The position numbers were made by a program, and so were the translations under genes. 64,000 bases of DNA. Origin: an uncultured delta proteobacterium (GTDB lineage Bacteria > Myxococcota_A > Polyangia > Polyangiales > Polyangiaceae). The notes below the pieces were generated by a model. It was not told where the DNA came from. It ran no database searches and saw only the letters and a program-made list of their open reading frames with translations. How positions within the stretch are numbered: position 1 is the first letter of the stretch; every line of letters begins with the position of its first letter. Shown here in pieces: positions 55,722 to 64,000 of the stretch. The stretch covers positions 2,240,001 to 2,304,000 of the forward strand of contig CAWDXG010000004.1 in the NCBI GenBank assembly GCA_963806225.1, given 5' to 3'.

Positions 55722-56312
55722 ATGGCCTATCGATTGCGTCTGGTGACTCTCGGCGTCGCACTGGCGGTTCTGGCTGGCTGCGGAAGCAGCGGCAGCTACC
55801 TCTGGGTCGACGACCTCCCGAAATCGTCGTCTGTGGAGGTCTACAGGATTGCGGTCGGCGACACGCTGAACGTGCGCGTCTACAACCAGGAAAACCTGTC
55901 GACCCACTCCAAGGTCCGGAGCGACGGCAGGATTGCGGTGCCACTGGTCGGTGATGTCGAGGTCCGCGCGAAGACGCCCGCCGTTGTCGCCAGGGAGATC
56001 GAGGGGCGACTCAAACAGTACGTGGTCTCGCCGGCGGTCACAGTGACGGTGGAGGAGAGCCAACCCACGACGGTCGCGGTCCTGGGCGAGGTCGCGCACC
56101 CAGGGGTCTACACGGTGGATCCGTCCTCCGGGGTCCTGCAGGCGCTCGCCGCCGCCGGCGGTTTCACCGACTTCGCGAGCCGGGAATCGATCTACGTGGT
56201 CCGGAAGCTTCCACCACAGCGCATCCGCTTTTCCTGGACCGCGTTGCTCGACGGCGACAAGCAGGCTGACGCCTTCCGGCTCCACAAGGGCGACGTAGTG
56301 GTCGTCGAGTGA
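55722..56312 (+). CDS. Short OPX/Wza-type polysaccharide export lipoprotein (EpsY-like)
   Basis: Lipobox LAGC; YRIAVGD, DGRIAVPLVG, VLGEV..PG, AGG; ends at GDVVVVE without an OM helix. Confidence 0.9.
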   Translation: MAYRLRLVTLGVALAVLAGCGSSGSYLWVDDLPKSSSVEVYRIAVGDTLNVRVYNQENLSTHSKVRSDGRIAVPLVGDVEVRAKTPAVVAREIEGRLKQYVVSPAVTVTVEESQPTTVAVLGEVAHPGVYTVDPSSGVLQALAAAGGFTDFASRESIYVVRKLPPQRIRFSWTALLDGDKQADAFRLHKGDVVVVE

Positions 56313-56324
56313 CCGGGCCACGCG

Positions 56325-57479
56325 ATGTTCGCGGCTCTGCCCATCGCTCTCGGTCTCGCCGGGACGTTGACGCTCTCCGACCGGAGCGAGGTCCGCCTGC
56401 GCGTTCCGGGCACCGCTGACACACATGCATCCCTCGATCTGGAAACCACGCCGGAGGCCCGACTGATGCTCGCCTCCCACCGCATGCACTACGTCCTCGC
56501 CTACAAGCCCACCGGCACGCTCTGGGACGTCGGACAGAGCTCGGTCCGGGCCACGCTCATGAACGAGGGCACCGGGCGCGTGGAATGGTTGGCGCGCGAC
56601 GCGCAGCTTTCCCTGGAGGAAACTGCGCGCTACGGCAGCGTCGACTTCAGCTCGGCAGCGCTCACTCCCGGCCCCGCCGGGCAACCTCCGAGGCTCGATG
56701 TCATTCCGACTCCCCAGGTCATCCGCTTCGGGTCCTCGCGGACGACCCTGGCGTCCCGTGTCACCCTGACACGCTGGACGCTCGAACCCTCCGTCGGCTA
56801 CCAGCTCAGCGGCGGCGCCACGGAGCAGGCGCGCGCCCTGATGCCGTTCCAGAAGGGCGGGTTCGGGCAGGCCCGGGCCGAGTACACCGTCACCCGCCGC
56901 GACTTCGCGGCAACGACCTTCGCCGCTTCCGAGACCTCGTTCTCGTCGGGCCCCGAGGCGATACTCACCCAGCTCGACGAGCGCTGGCGGCATCTGCTCT
57001 CGAGGGTGACGACCAGCGAGTTGACCCTCGGCGGAAGCGTGGCGCGCGTGCGGTCGTCCAGCTTCTCCAGCTACCGATTCGAGACGCACCCTGTCGCCGA
57101 AGCAGCGCTCGACCACCGCCTCGCCATGGGGGCCGACCGTGTGGCGCTGCGCTTCTCCGTCGGACTCTCGCCGATCGTCGACCAACTCGTCGGCAACGTC
57201 GACGAGCGTCTGCAGGCAACAATGGCTGCCACCCACACGCACAAGCACGTGAGCACGCGCGCGCTGCTCAGCGCGTCGGAATCGATGCCGCCCAGCCGGA
57301 GCGATGCGACCCGTCTCTTCGCCGGTGAAGTCGGCACGACCTGGACGCCGCGGGGCGTCGTGGGTCTCGACGCAGGCGTGCGTGCCTTCTACCAGCGCGC
57401 CGAGGCCACGGGCCAAGACTTCCTCCAGGGGACCGTCTTCGTGGGCGTCACCTTCAGCTCAGACCCGGTGCGCTTGTGA
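56325..57479 (+). CDS. Putative outer membrane beta-barrel (EpsX-like)
   Basis: Amphipathic beta-strand pattern throughout; directly follows the short OPX gene. Confidence 0.62.
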   Translation: MFAALPIALGLAGTLTLSDRSEVRLRVPGTADTHASLDLETTPEARLMLASHRMHYVLAYKPTGTLWDVGQSSVRATLMNEGTGRVEWLARDAQLSLEETARYGSVDFSSAALTPGPAGQPPRLDVIPTPQVIRFGSSRTTLASRVTLTRWTLEPSVGYQLSGGATEQARALMPFQKGGFGQARAEYTVTRRDFAATTFAASETSFSSGPEAILTQLDERWRHLLSRVTTSELTLGGSVARVRSSSFSSYRFETHPVAEAALDHRLAMGADRVALRFSVGLSPIVDQLVGNVDERLQATMAATHTHKHVSTRALLSASESMPPSRSDATRLFAGEVGTTWTPRGVVGLDAGVRAFYQRAEATGQDFLQGTVFVGVTFSSDPVRL

Positions 57480-57506
57480 TCGCGCAGCGCTTTTCAGGAG
57501 GAACAG

Positions 57507-58052
57507 ATGACGATTGCCGATGATCGACCGCTTCTCGAATCGAACAATGACTTCTCGGTCCTCGCGCCACGACCCATCGCGGGACCGTGGGATCGGCCTG
57601 ATTGCCAACGCATCTGGCTCGGCACGCAGCTCAGGGAGTGGAGGACGCTGGCCATCGTGCCGGCTGACGAGGAGCTGTCGAGCTACGAGGTCGCAAGCCT
57701 GCTCATGGCGCTCGGGCTCCACTACGGCGAACCGATAGGCGTAGCGGACCTGCGCGACGTCGGGCTGAACCACGTCCGCACTTCCCTGGAACTCGTCGAT
57801 ATGCACGTCGACCGAGGCGAGCGCGTCGTGCTCGCCACTAGTGCCATCACGCAGAACCTCGCCACGATTGCCCTGGCCCGCGCCGCCGACGCCGCGGTGC
57901 TGTGCGTGTCGTTCGGCTCGACGTCGCTCGCTGTGGCCAGGGAAACCATCAACCAGATCGGCAAGGAACACTTCCTCGGTAGCGTGCTCTTGCATCAATC
58001 CGACAAGAAATCCCAGCACGGGAAGCGGTCGACACGGGAACAGGAACAATGA
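57507..58052 (+). CDS. Degenerate BY-kinase (CpsD/Wzc-C)-like protein
   Basis: WRTLAIVP..; ALARAADAAVLCV..FLGSVL resembles a BY-kinase C-terminus, but no GKS/T Walker A. Confidence 0.55.
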   Translation: MTIADDRPLLESNNDFSVLAPRPIAGPWDRPDCQRIWLGTQLREWRTLAIVPADEELSSYEVASLLMALGLHYGEPIGVADLRDVGLNHVRTSLELVDMHVDRGERVVLATSAITQNLATIALARAADAAVLCVSFGSTSLAVARETINQIGKEHFLGSVLLHQSDKKSQHGKRSTREQEQ

Positions 58053-58843
58053 ACGGACGGGCCCCTAGACTCTGGATCGGTCACATCCCGATCGATCGGC
58101 TCGCTTTCGCGGAGGCGCTGGAGTCCGTGAAGGGCCTGGTCGAAACACGGCGGGGCGGAACGGTCTTCACGCCGAACGTGGATCACATCGTAATGGCGGA
58201 GGATGACGAGGCCTTCCGCAAGGCCTACGCCAGGACGGACCTCTCGCTCGCTGACGGCATGCCCGTCGTGTGGGCCTCGCGACTTCTGGGGAGCCCGCTT
58301 CCGGCCAAGATCTCCGGTTCGGATCTGGTGCCGCCGCTGATGGACCTGGCGGATGGTAGCGGATGGCGCGTCTACCTGCTCGGCGGCGGAGAAGGCGTGG
58401 CGCATCGCGCCGCAGAGAACCTGGCGCGCACGCACGAGCACCTGCAGATCGTCGGGGCCGCGTCGCCGCGAATCGATCTGTCCACGCCGCGCTCCGCGAG
58501 GCAGTCCGTCGTGGAGGAAGTCCGGCGCACCTCGCCGGATCTGGTCCTCGTGGGGCTGGGCGCTCCCAAGCAGGAGATGTGGATCGACGAATCCATCGAC
58601 CAACTGCGCCCGGCGGTGCTGCTGGGCGTCGGCGCCTCGATCGATTTCCTGGCCGGAACAGCGCGGCGCGCACCGCGCTGGGTGTCTGCATGGGGGCTCG
58701 AGTGGCTGTACCGCCTCGCCCGGGAACCTTTCAGGCTGTGGCGCCGCTATCTGGTGCGCGATCCCAGGTTCGTCGGCATCGTGCTTCGCGAACGCGCCGC
58801 GCGACATTCGCTCGACCGGACCCATCAGGAACTCGGGCCGTGA
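58049..58843 (+). CDS. WecB/TagA/CpsF family glycosyltransferase
   Basis: TPNVDH, ADGMP, GLGAPKQE, RAPRW..GLEWLYRL..EP.RLWRRY. Confidence 0.93.
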   Translation: MNGRAPRLWIGHIPIDRLAFAEALESVKGLVETRRGGTVFTPNVDHIVMAEDDEAFRKAYARTDLSLADGMPVVWASRLLGSPLPAKISGSDLVPPLMDLADGSGWRVYLLGGGEGVAHRAAENLARTHEHLQIVGAASPRIDLSTPRSARQSVVEEVRRTSPDLVLVGLGAPKQEMWIDESIDQLRPAVLLGVGASIDFLAGTARRAPRWVSAWGLEWLYRLAREPFRLWRRYLVRDPRFVGIVLRERAARHSLDRTHQELGP

Positions 58844-60360
58844 GCGATCGGGACACTGCCGACACGGAGACCCTCGTTGCAACGCGCAATGCGCTGCAAC
58901 TGGGCGGCTCCCTGCTCTTCACCTGGGCGATTGCGCTCACGATTCGACTCCTCCTGCCGCGCTATCTGGGGCCGGAGCTGTTCGGCACGCTGAGCTTCGC
59001 CGACGCCTTCACGACGACCTTCTTCCTGGCTCTCGGCCTCGGCGCCGAGGTCTACATCCGCAAGTTCGTGGCGGTGCATTTCGAACACGCGAGCGACTTC
59101 TTCGGCGGCACGTTCGTTCTGAGGATCCTGATGGCGGCAGGGATCGTCGGGGCGATGGCTGTCGTGATGCACCTCACGCACCGCCCGCCCCAGGTCCGTC
59201 AACTCGTCTACCTGTTCGCCGGCGCGCAGTTCCTCATCAACGCGAACGCAACGCTAGCTGCACTGCTTCACGCGCGGGGCAGGGTCGGCGGGATGTCCGT
59301 GCTCTCGGTCGCCACCAAGGTCGCCTGGGGTGCGGGTGTGCTGATCGCACTGTTCTCGCACGCGGGGCTCGTGGGAATCGCCCTCGCCTATGTCGTGGCC
59401 GAGAGCATCAAGTGCGCCTTCCTCTTCGGCCTGGCGAAGCGCCACCTCGGATTGGTCTTCCGCGTGGACGTTTCCGCCACCAAGGCCATGATCGTCTCCA
59501 GCCTGCCCTTCTACCTGAACGCCTTCGCCACGTCGGGATATGGCAAGCTGGATGTCTCGCTGCTCGCGTTCTTCGTTTCCGCCCGCGAGGTCGGGTGGTA
59601 CGCGGGAGCGTCGGCCATTGCAGGCCTGACGCTGCTCATCACTCCTCTCATCGGCTGGGTACTGATGCCGACGTTCGCGCGTGCCGCGGAACGCTCGCGG
59701 GAGGAGCTCTTCGAACGCATCCGGCGTTCCACGGAGCTCATTCTAGTCATCGCCATCCCGGTCTCGCTGCTCGTGATCCTCGGCGCCAGCGTTTTCGTGC
59801 ACACGCTGTTCGGCGAAGCATTCGCGCCAGCCGCGCTGGCACTGAGGATCCTCGCCGGAACGTTCGTGGTGACCTACATCGCGGTGGTGTACGCCATCTC
59901 CCTTCTCATGTTGGACCGTGCGTGGACGCTGACGGCCATCTCCGTAGGCGGCCTCTGCGTCAACGTGGTCCTGAATCTCGTCTTCGTGCGCCACTCCATC
60001 GGGTGGTTTGGAACCGGAGGCGGCGGGGCCGGCGCGGCGCTCGCGATGCTCGGCACGGAAATCTTCGTAACGAGCGCAATGTTCTCGGTGGTCGGTCGCA
60101 ACGCTTTCGATCGCCGAACCCTGACGATGCTAGGCAAGAGCCTTTTCGCCTGTGCCGTCGTACTGGGCGTCGATCGGTTGTTGCAGCCGATGGCGTGGGC
60201 CCGGGTCATGCTCGACGCAGCGACCTATCTCGTGATCGTTCTCGCGACGGGCGCACTGCGCGCGCGGGAAATGCTCGATGTGGTGCGGGCCGCGATGCGC
60301 CGCCAGCCGGCGCTCGCAGCGCAACCCTTGTCGTCACGTACCGCACAGCAGGACGGGTAG
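58840..60360 (+). CDS. wzx: Polysaccharide flippase
   Basis: About 14 TM segments; RYLGPELFG, EVGWYAGA; EPS locus context. Confidence 0.85.
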   Translation: MSDRDTADTETLVATRNALQLGGSLLFTWAIALTIRLLLPRYLGPELFGTLSFADAFTTTFFLALGLGAEVYIRKFVAVHFEHASDFFGGTFVLRILMAAGIVGAMAVVMHLTHRPPQVRQLVYLFAGAQFLINANATLAALLHARGRVGGMSVLSVATKVAWGAGVLIALFSHAGLVGIALAYVVAESIKCAFLFGLAKRHLGLVFRVDVSATKAMIVSSLPFYLNAFATSGYGKLDVSLLAFFVSAREVGWYAGASAIAGLTLLITPLIGWVLMPTFARAAERSREELFERIRRSTELILVIAIPVSLLVILGASVFVHTLFGEAFAPAALALRILAGTFVVTYIAVVYAISLLMLDRAWTLTAISVGGLCVNVVLNLVFVRHSIGWFGTGGGGAGAALAMLGTEIFVTSAMFSVVGRNAFDRRTLTMLGKSLFACAVVLGVDRLLQPMAWARVMLDAATYLVIVLATGALRAREMLDVVRAAMRRQPALAAQPLSSRTAQQDG

Positions 60361-60362
60361 GG

Positions 60363-60860
60363 ATGACAATGCTCTACTTGCTTTCGGAACGCCTGGAGAC
60401 ATGGAGCGCCCGGTACAAGCTCCGGAACGCGGCGTACGTGGGCCTCCAGCCATGCGTGCAGGGAAACGTATGGATCCACGGAAAAGGCGAAGTCCAGATC
60501 GGTGATCGCGTGGTTCTGGATGGCAGCTTCGCGCCGATCGAGCTCCACACCTGGGCCGGCGCAGTCATCATCATCGGTGACGATTGCTATGTCGGCAGCG
60601 GAACCTCCATCGAGGCGACCAGTTCCATCAGGCTCGGTGCACGCGTTCGGGTCGGCGCGTTCTGTCGCGTGATGGACAATCACTTCCACGCGATAACCGG
60701 CGATCGTCGCGCGCTTCCTTCGCCACGGCCGGTCGTCGTGGAATCGGACGTTGAGATCGGCGCGCGGTCCATTCTGCTCGCCGGTGCGTGGGTGGCACGC
60801 GGCGCGACGATTGGCGCAGGCAGTGTGATCGCTCGTCGACTGCCGGCACGCGGGGCCTGA
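60363..60860 (+). CDS. Hexapeptide-repeat acyltransferase
   Basis: IGDRV, IGDDC, DNHFH, PVVVESDVEIGARSILL..IGAGSVI. Confidence 0.82.
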   Translation: MTMLYLLSERLETWSARYKLRNAAYVGLQPCVQGNVWIHGKGEVQIGDRVVLDGSFAPIELHTWAGAVIIIGDDCYVGSGTSIEATSSIRLGARVRVGAFCRVMDNHFHAITGDRRALPSPRPVVVESDVEIGARSILLAGAWVARGATIGAGSVIARRLPARGA

Positions 60861-61192
60861 GTGTGCGCGCGACATCCTGCGCCAAGCGTCGGGAATCCGT
60901 TTGGAAATGCCCGCGTGGTCCAAGCGCGGGCATGATCGACGGCGACTGCCTACATGTAGGTTTGACGGACCATGACTTCGACGTCATCCCACGAATCTGC
61001 CGTCGCGCTTCGATGACGACGGCAGAGGTGGCTGCATCGATGACGTCGGCGCAACGCCTCGTTTCGTCCCCCCCCAAACTGTAACCCCCCCAACAAGCAC
61101 CACCGCCTCCCCCGCGGTGGTCCGCGCCACCGGCCCCCCGCGTGGCACGTCGGCCTCGCTCTTTCGAGCAGAGGAACACTACGAGTGTGCCC

Positions 61193-62647
61193 ATGAAGTA
61201 CCAACTCCTCGCGTGTTCGATCGTGGCGGCGAGCCTCGCGCTCGCGTGTAGCGCCGCACCCGGCGGCGCTCCGGATGGTTCCGGCGGCAGCGCCGGGACG
61301 AGCGGTTCCGGCGGCAGTGCCGGGACGAGCGGTTCCGGCGGCAGTGCCGGGACGAGCGGTTCCGGCGGCAGTGCCGGGTCGAGCGGTTCCGGCGGCAGTG
61401 CCGGGTCGAGCGGTTCCGGCGGCAGCGCCGGGTCGAGCGGTTCCGGCGGCAGCGCCGGGTCGAGCGGTTCCGGCGGCAGCGCCGGGACGAGCGGTTCCGG
61501 CGGCAGTGCCGGGTCGAGCGGTTCCGGCGGCAGCGCCGGGTCCGGCACGGGCGGAAGCGGCGGAAGCGGCGGCGGTCCGCCTCCCGTCTCGAACAAGGCC
61601 GCAATGCCCCGCATCAGCGTGGGACAGCCCACGTACGCCAAGTACGATTCCGGCGCGGCAGCCGAAGCCACCGACGGCGACTACGGCAGCGTGTGGCGTT
61701 CGTCCCACATCCCGTCGGCCGGCGATCCGGACTGGGTCGCCATCGATCTGTCGAGCGTCCCCGCAGCCCAGCGCAAGACCGTGTACTCGGTCTGGTTCAA
61801 CGAGGACGGTTACAACTACGACACCTCCGACGCCAACAGCTACACCCTGCCCGGCGACTTCCAGCTCCAGGCGAATGCGGCAGCTGGTGGAGCGCAGCCG
61901 CCTGGCAGCGGCTGGGTGACGCTGGCTAGCAGGACGGGGAACACGCTCAGCTCGGGCGCCGATCTGCTCGACCTGACCGGCTACAACTGGGTCCGTTTCT
62001 ACTGCACGGCGCACGCTCCGAACGCCGCCGCGCAGAACCTGGATCTGTCCCTGCAGTGGACGCTGTACGACGCCCACGCCGGCAACGACGGCTGGAAGTT
62101 CGGGGGTGACTCGATCACCGCGAACTCGATGGGGCACCAGGGCTCCAACGACAGCTTCAACCAGCTCGTCCACGCCCAGGTGAAGAACTTCCCGGCCTTC
62201 GAGATGGCGGGACACGGCGGATGGACGGCGCCCCAGATGCTACAGGCCATCGATGCCTACCTCGCCGATTTCCCCGGCCTGTACTTCGGGCTCTCGCTCG
62301 GCACGAACGACGCCCCCGGCAACGATCCGACGGGCTTCAAGCAAGAGATGTCCCAGCTCGTCGACAAGGTCCTCGCCGCAAAGAGGATCCCGGTCATACC
62401 GACCATCCCGTACACGGGCGATCCGTCCCACGTGAACGCGGTTCCGAAGTACAACGCGCAGATCCAGGCACTGTACACGCAGTACGGGAAGCAGGTCGTG
62501 CACGGGCCGGACCTGTACACGATCCTCTACCAGGGACGCGCTGCGATGTTCGACAGCCCGACCGATCTGCATCCCAACGCGACCGGAAACCACGCGATCC
62601 GCCAGGCGTGGGCCGACGCGATGGTGAAGAACGTGTATTCGAAGTAG
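61193..62647 (+). CDS. SGNH/GDSL hydrolase lipoprotein with Gly/Ser linker and discoidin-like domain
   Basis: Lipobox ALAC; GDSIT, GTND, DLHPN. Confidence 0.85.
   Translation: MKYQLLACSIVAASLALACSAAPGGAPDGSGGSAGTSGSGGSAGTSGSGGSAGTSGSGGSAGSSGSGGSAGSSGSGGSAGSSGSGGSAGSSGSGGSAGTSGSGGSAGSSGSGGSAGSGTGGSGGSGGGPPPVSNKAAMPRISVGQPTYAKYDSGAAAEATDGDYGSVWRSSHIPSAGDPDWVAIDLSSVPAAQRKTVYSVWFNEDGYNYDTSDANSYTLPGDFQLQANAAAGGAQPPGSGWVTLASRTGNTLSSGADLLDLTGYNWVRFYCTAHAPNAAAQNLDLSLQWTLYDAHAGNDGWKFGGDSITANSMGHQGSNDSFNQLVHAQVKNFPAFEMAGHGGWTAPQMLQAIDAYLADFPGLYFGLSLGTNDAPGNDPTGFKQEMSQLVDKVLAAKRIPVIPTIPYTGDPSHVNAVPKYNAQIQALYTQYGKQVVHGPDLYTILYQGRAAMFDSPTDLHPNATGNHAIRQAWADAMVKNVYSK
61277..61540 (+). repeat. 27-bp tandem repeat (9 full copies + 21 bp) encoding GSGGSAG(T/S)S
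   Basis: Unit GGTTCCGGCGGCAGYGCCGGGWCGAGC. Confidence 0.93.
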
Positions 62648-62689
62648 GCGCGTGCAGCGTCGGGTTCCGCTCGCGGGCGGAACCCAACG

Positions 62690-63850
62690 TCAGCGTCCGG
62701 CGGGCCGCGAATAGAGCGGATCGACCGCCGCCGCCCAGAGGCGGTTGATCGCCTCGATGCCGCGCTCGTCCGGGTGCAGTCCGTCGCGAAGCTGCTCCGG
62801 GTGGGCGCGGAAGTACGCGTAGAGGTCCGGCCCAGCCGGCAGCGAATTGCCGCGCTGGAGCTCGTCGATCACGGCGTTGAACTCCGGGATCGTCGAGTGG
62901 TTGCCATCGGTCGAATACGGAATGCGCGCCAGGATCGGGACGTGCCCAGCAGCGCGGACGCGATCGATGATTTTCTGCATGCTCTTCCGGAAGCGCGCCG
63001 TGTCCCGCGAGTCGCCCGCCGAATCGTTCGAGCCGTAGCCGATGCCCCAGAATCGGGCGTCCGGGTTCTTCCGGAGCCAAGCGTCGATGTGCCGGACGCC
63101 GTCATCGGCCTTGTCGCCACCCACGCCGCCATTGATCACGGCGGGATAGTGGCCGGGATGCCGGCGCTGCACGTCGGTCGCGAATCCCCGGCCCTTCGCC
63201 ACACTGCTGCCAAACGCGAACGCGGTGATGCTGTCGCCCATGAAGAACCACGTGTCGCTGGCTCCGGCCGAGATGTCATACACGTCGAGGCGATCGAGCT
63301 GCACTCCGTTCGGACTCCGGGCAGGCGCAGCGGTCACCACGACCTTCACCCAGCGCTGCCCTGCGAAGTCGAACGCGTGCGCTCCTGCGTGCGTGGACAC
63401 GCGCGGCACGTCCGCCGCGATTGTCCAACTGCCGTCCTTTCCGTCGTCCGAATCTGCCGAGGTCTCGATCCGGAATGCGCCGGGGCTGCCGTAGTCCGTC
63501 TCGTTGTAGTTGAAGCTCCCGGCGGCGCTCCAGACGACCAGGACGCGGCGTGGACCCGTACCGACATCGATCGCCACCCAAGCCGGACGCCCCGGCATCG
63601 GCTTGCCGGCGCCCCAGAGGGTCGACCGGTCACCGTCCACCAGCGATTCCGGGCGGGAAAATCGAGCGGAGTCCAGGCCTCCACGGGCCTACCGCGGGAA
63701 ACGACCGGATTCGGGGCAACGAAGCGTTGTGCGGCCGCTCCCGCCCGTGCTGTCGACTGGGCCCGGAAAGCAGGCGCTGTCACCGCACGTGCGTCCCGGG
63801 CCGGAACGCACGACGCCAGAACCACGGCGAAAAGCAATCGACCGTACAGA
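62690..63850 (-). CDS. SGNH/GDSL hydrolase, paralog of 61193..62647 (apparent frameshift near 63650-63661; start uncertain)
   Basis: GDSIT, GSND, DGLHP; the signal/lipobox LLFAVVLASC and NPVVSRGRP lie in a different frame upstream. Confidence 0.72.
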
Positions 63851-63900
63851 ATACGGCTCGCCCCGGGCCGCCCGGCGACACATGCTGATTCTGGCGATCC

Positions 63901-64000
63901 ATGCTCCGGAAACTGCTCCTGGTTTCGATCCTGTTCGCGAACGTGGCGATTCCGATCTGGGCTGCGCGCGAGCGGAGTTCCCGACAAGGACTGAAGAAGC
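63901..64000 (+). CDS. Small membrane protein (3' partial)
   Basis: MLRKLLLVSILFANVAIPIWAARERSSRQGLKK runs off the window; not in the ORF track. Confidence 0.55.
   Translation, partial: MLRKLLLVSILFANVAIPIWAARERSSRQGLKK

Noticed and set aside
61277..61540. CRISPR array
   Set aside because: Head-to-tail 27-bp units with no spacers, in frame within a CDS

Overview
High-GC DNA whose gene content (Cys-rich repeat lipoprotein, ECF sigma/anti-sigma trio, EpsX/EpsY-type export pair) points to Myxococcota, probably Polyangiales; this assignment is inference. The main feature is a ~26.5 kb cluster at 1.9-28.4 kb. It has 12 radical SAM (rSAM) fold genes carrying 14 rSAM-type domains: 10 keep CxxxCxxC and 4 have lost it. 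Most are cobalamin-binding (class B type), and there are HxsB/HxsC/HxsD-like members. They surround a three-gene nitrogenase-like reductase (NifH/BchL-like Fe protein plus two component-1-like subunits with a COR/DPOR-like Cys pattern and no recognisable FeMo-cofactor ligands), a CrtE-like prenyl synthase, a methyltransferase fusion and a beta-propeller. A MacB/TolC exporter and an NCS2 permease flank the cluster, and an FNR/FixK-like palindrome sits in the divergent promoter of the Fe-protein gene. Three rSAM genes are broken by four identical GA->GAA single-base insertions, probably sequencing artefacts. The rest of the window holds a 12-repeat Cys-rich lipoprotein, ada, a Tat Rieske protein, an ECF module, YceI, two MscS genes, an acyl-CoA synthetase, pirin and a hutF pseudogene. 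It ends with an exopolysaccharide locus carrying sigma-54-type promoter motifs (46.4-64 kb), preceded by an acyltransferase-NadE-AsnB-adenylation-ACP module. No rRNA, tRNA, CRISPR array or mobile element was recognised. All family calls come from motifs read by eye; no database searches were run.
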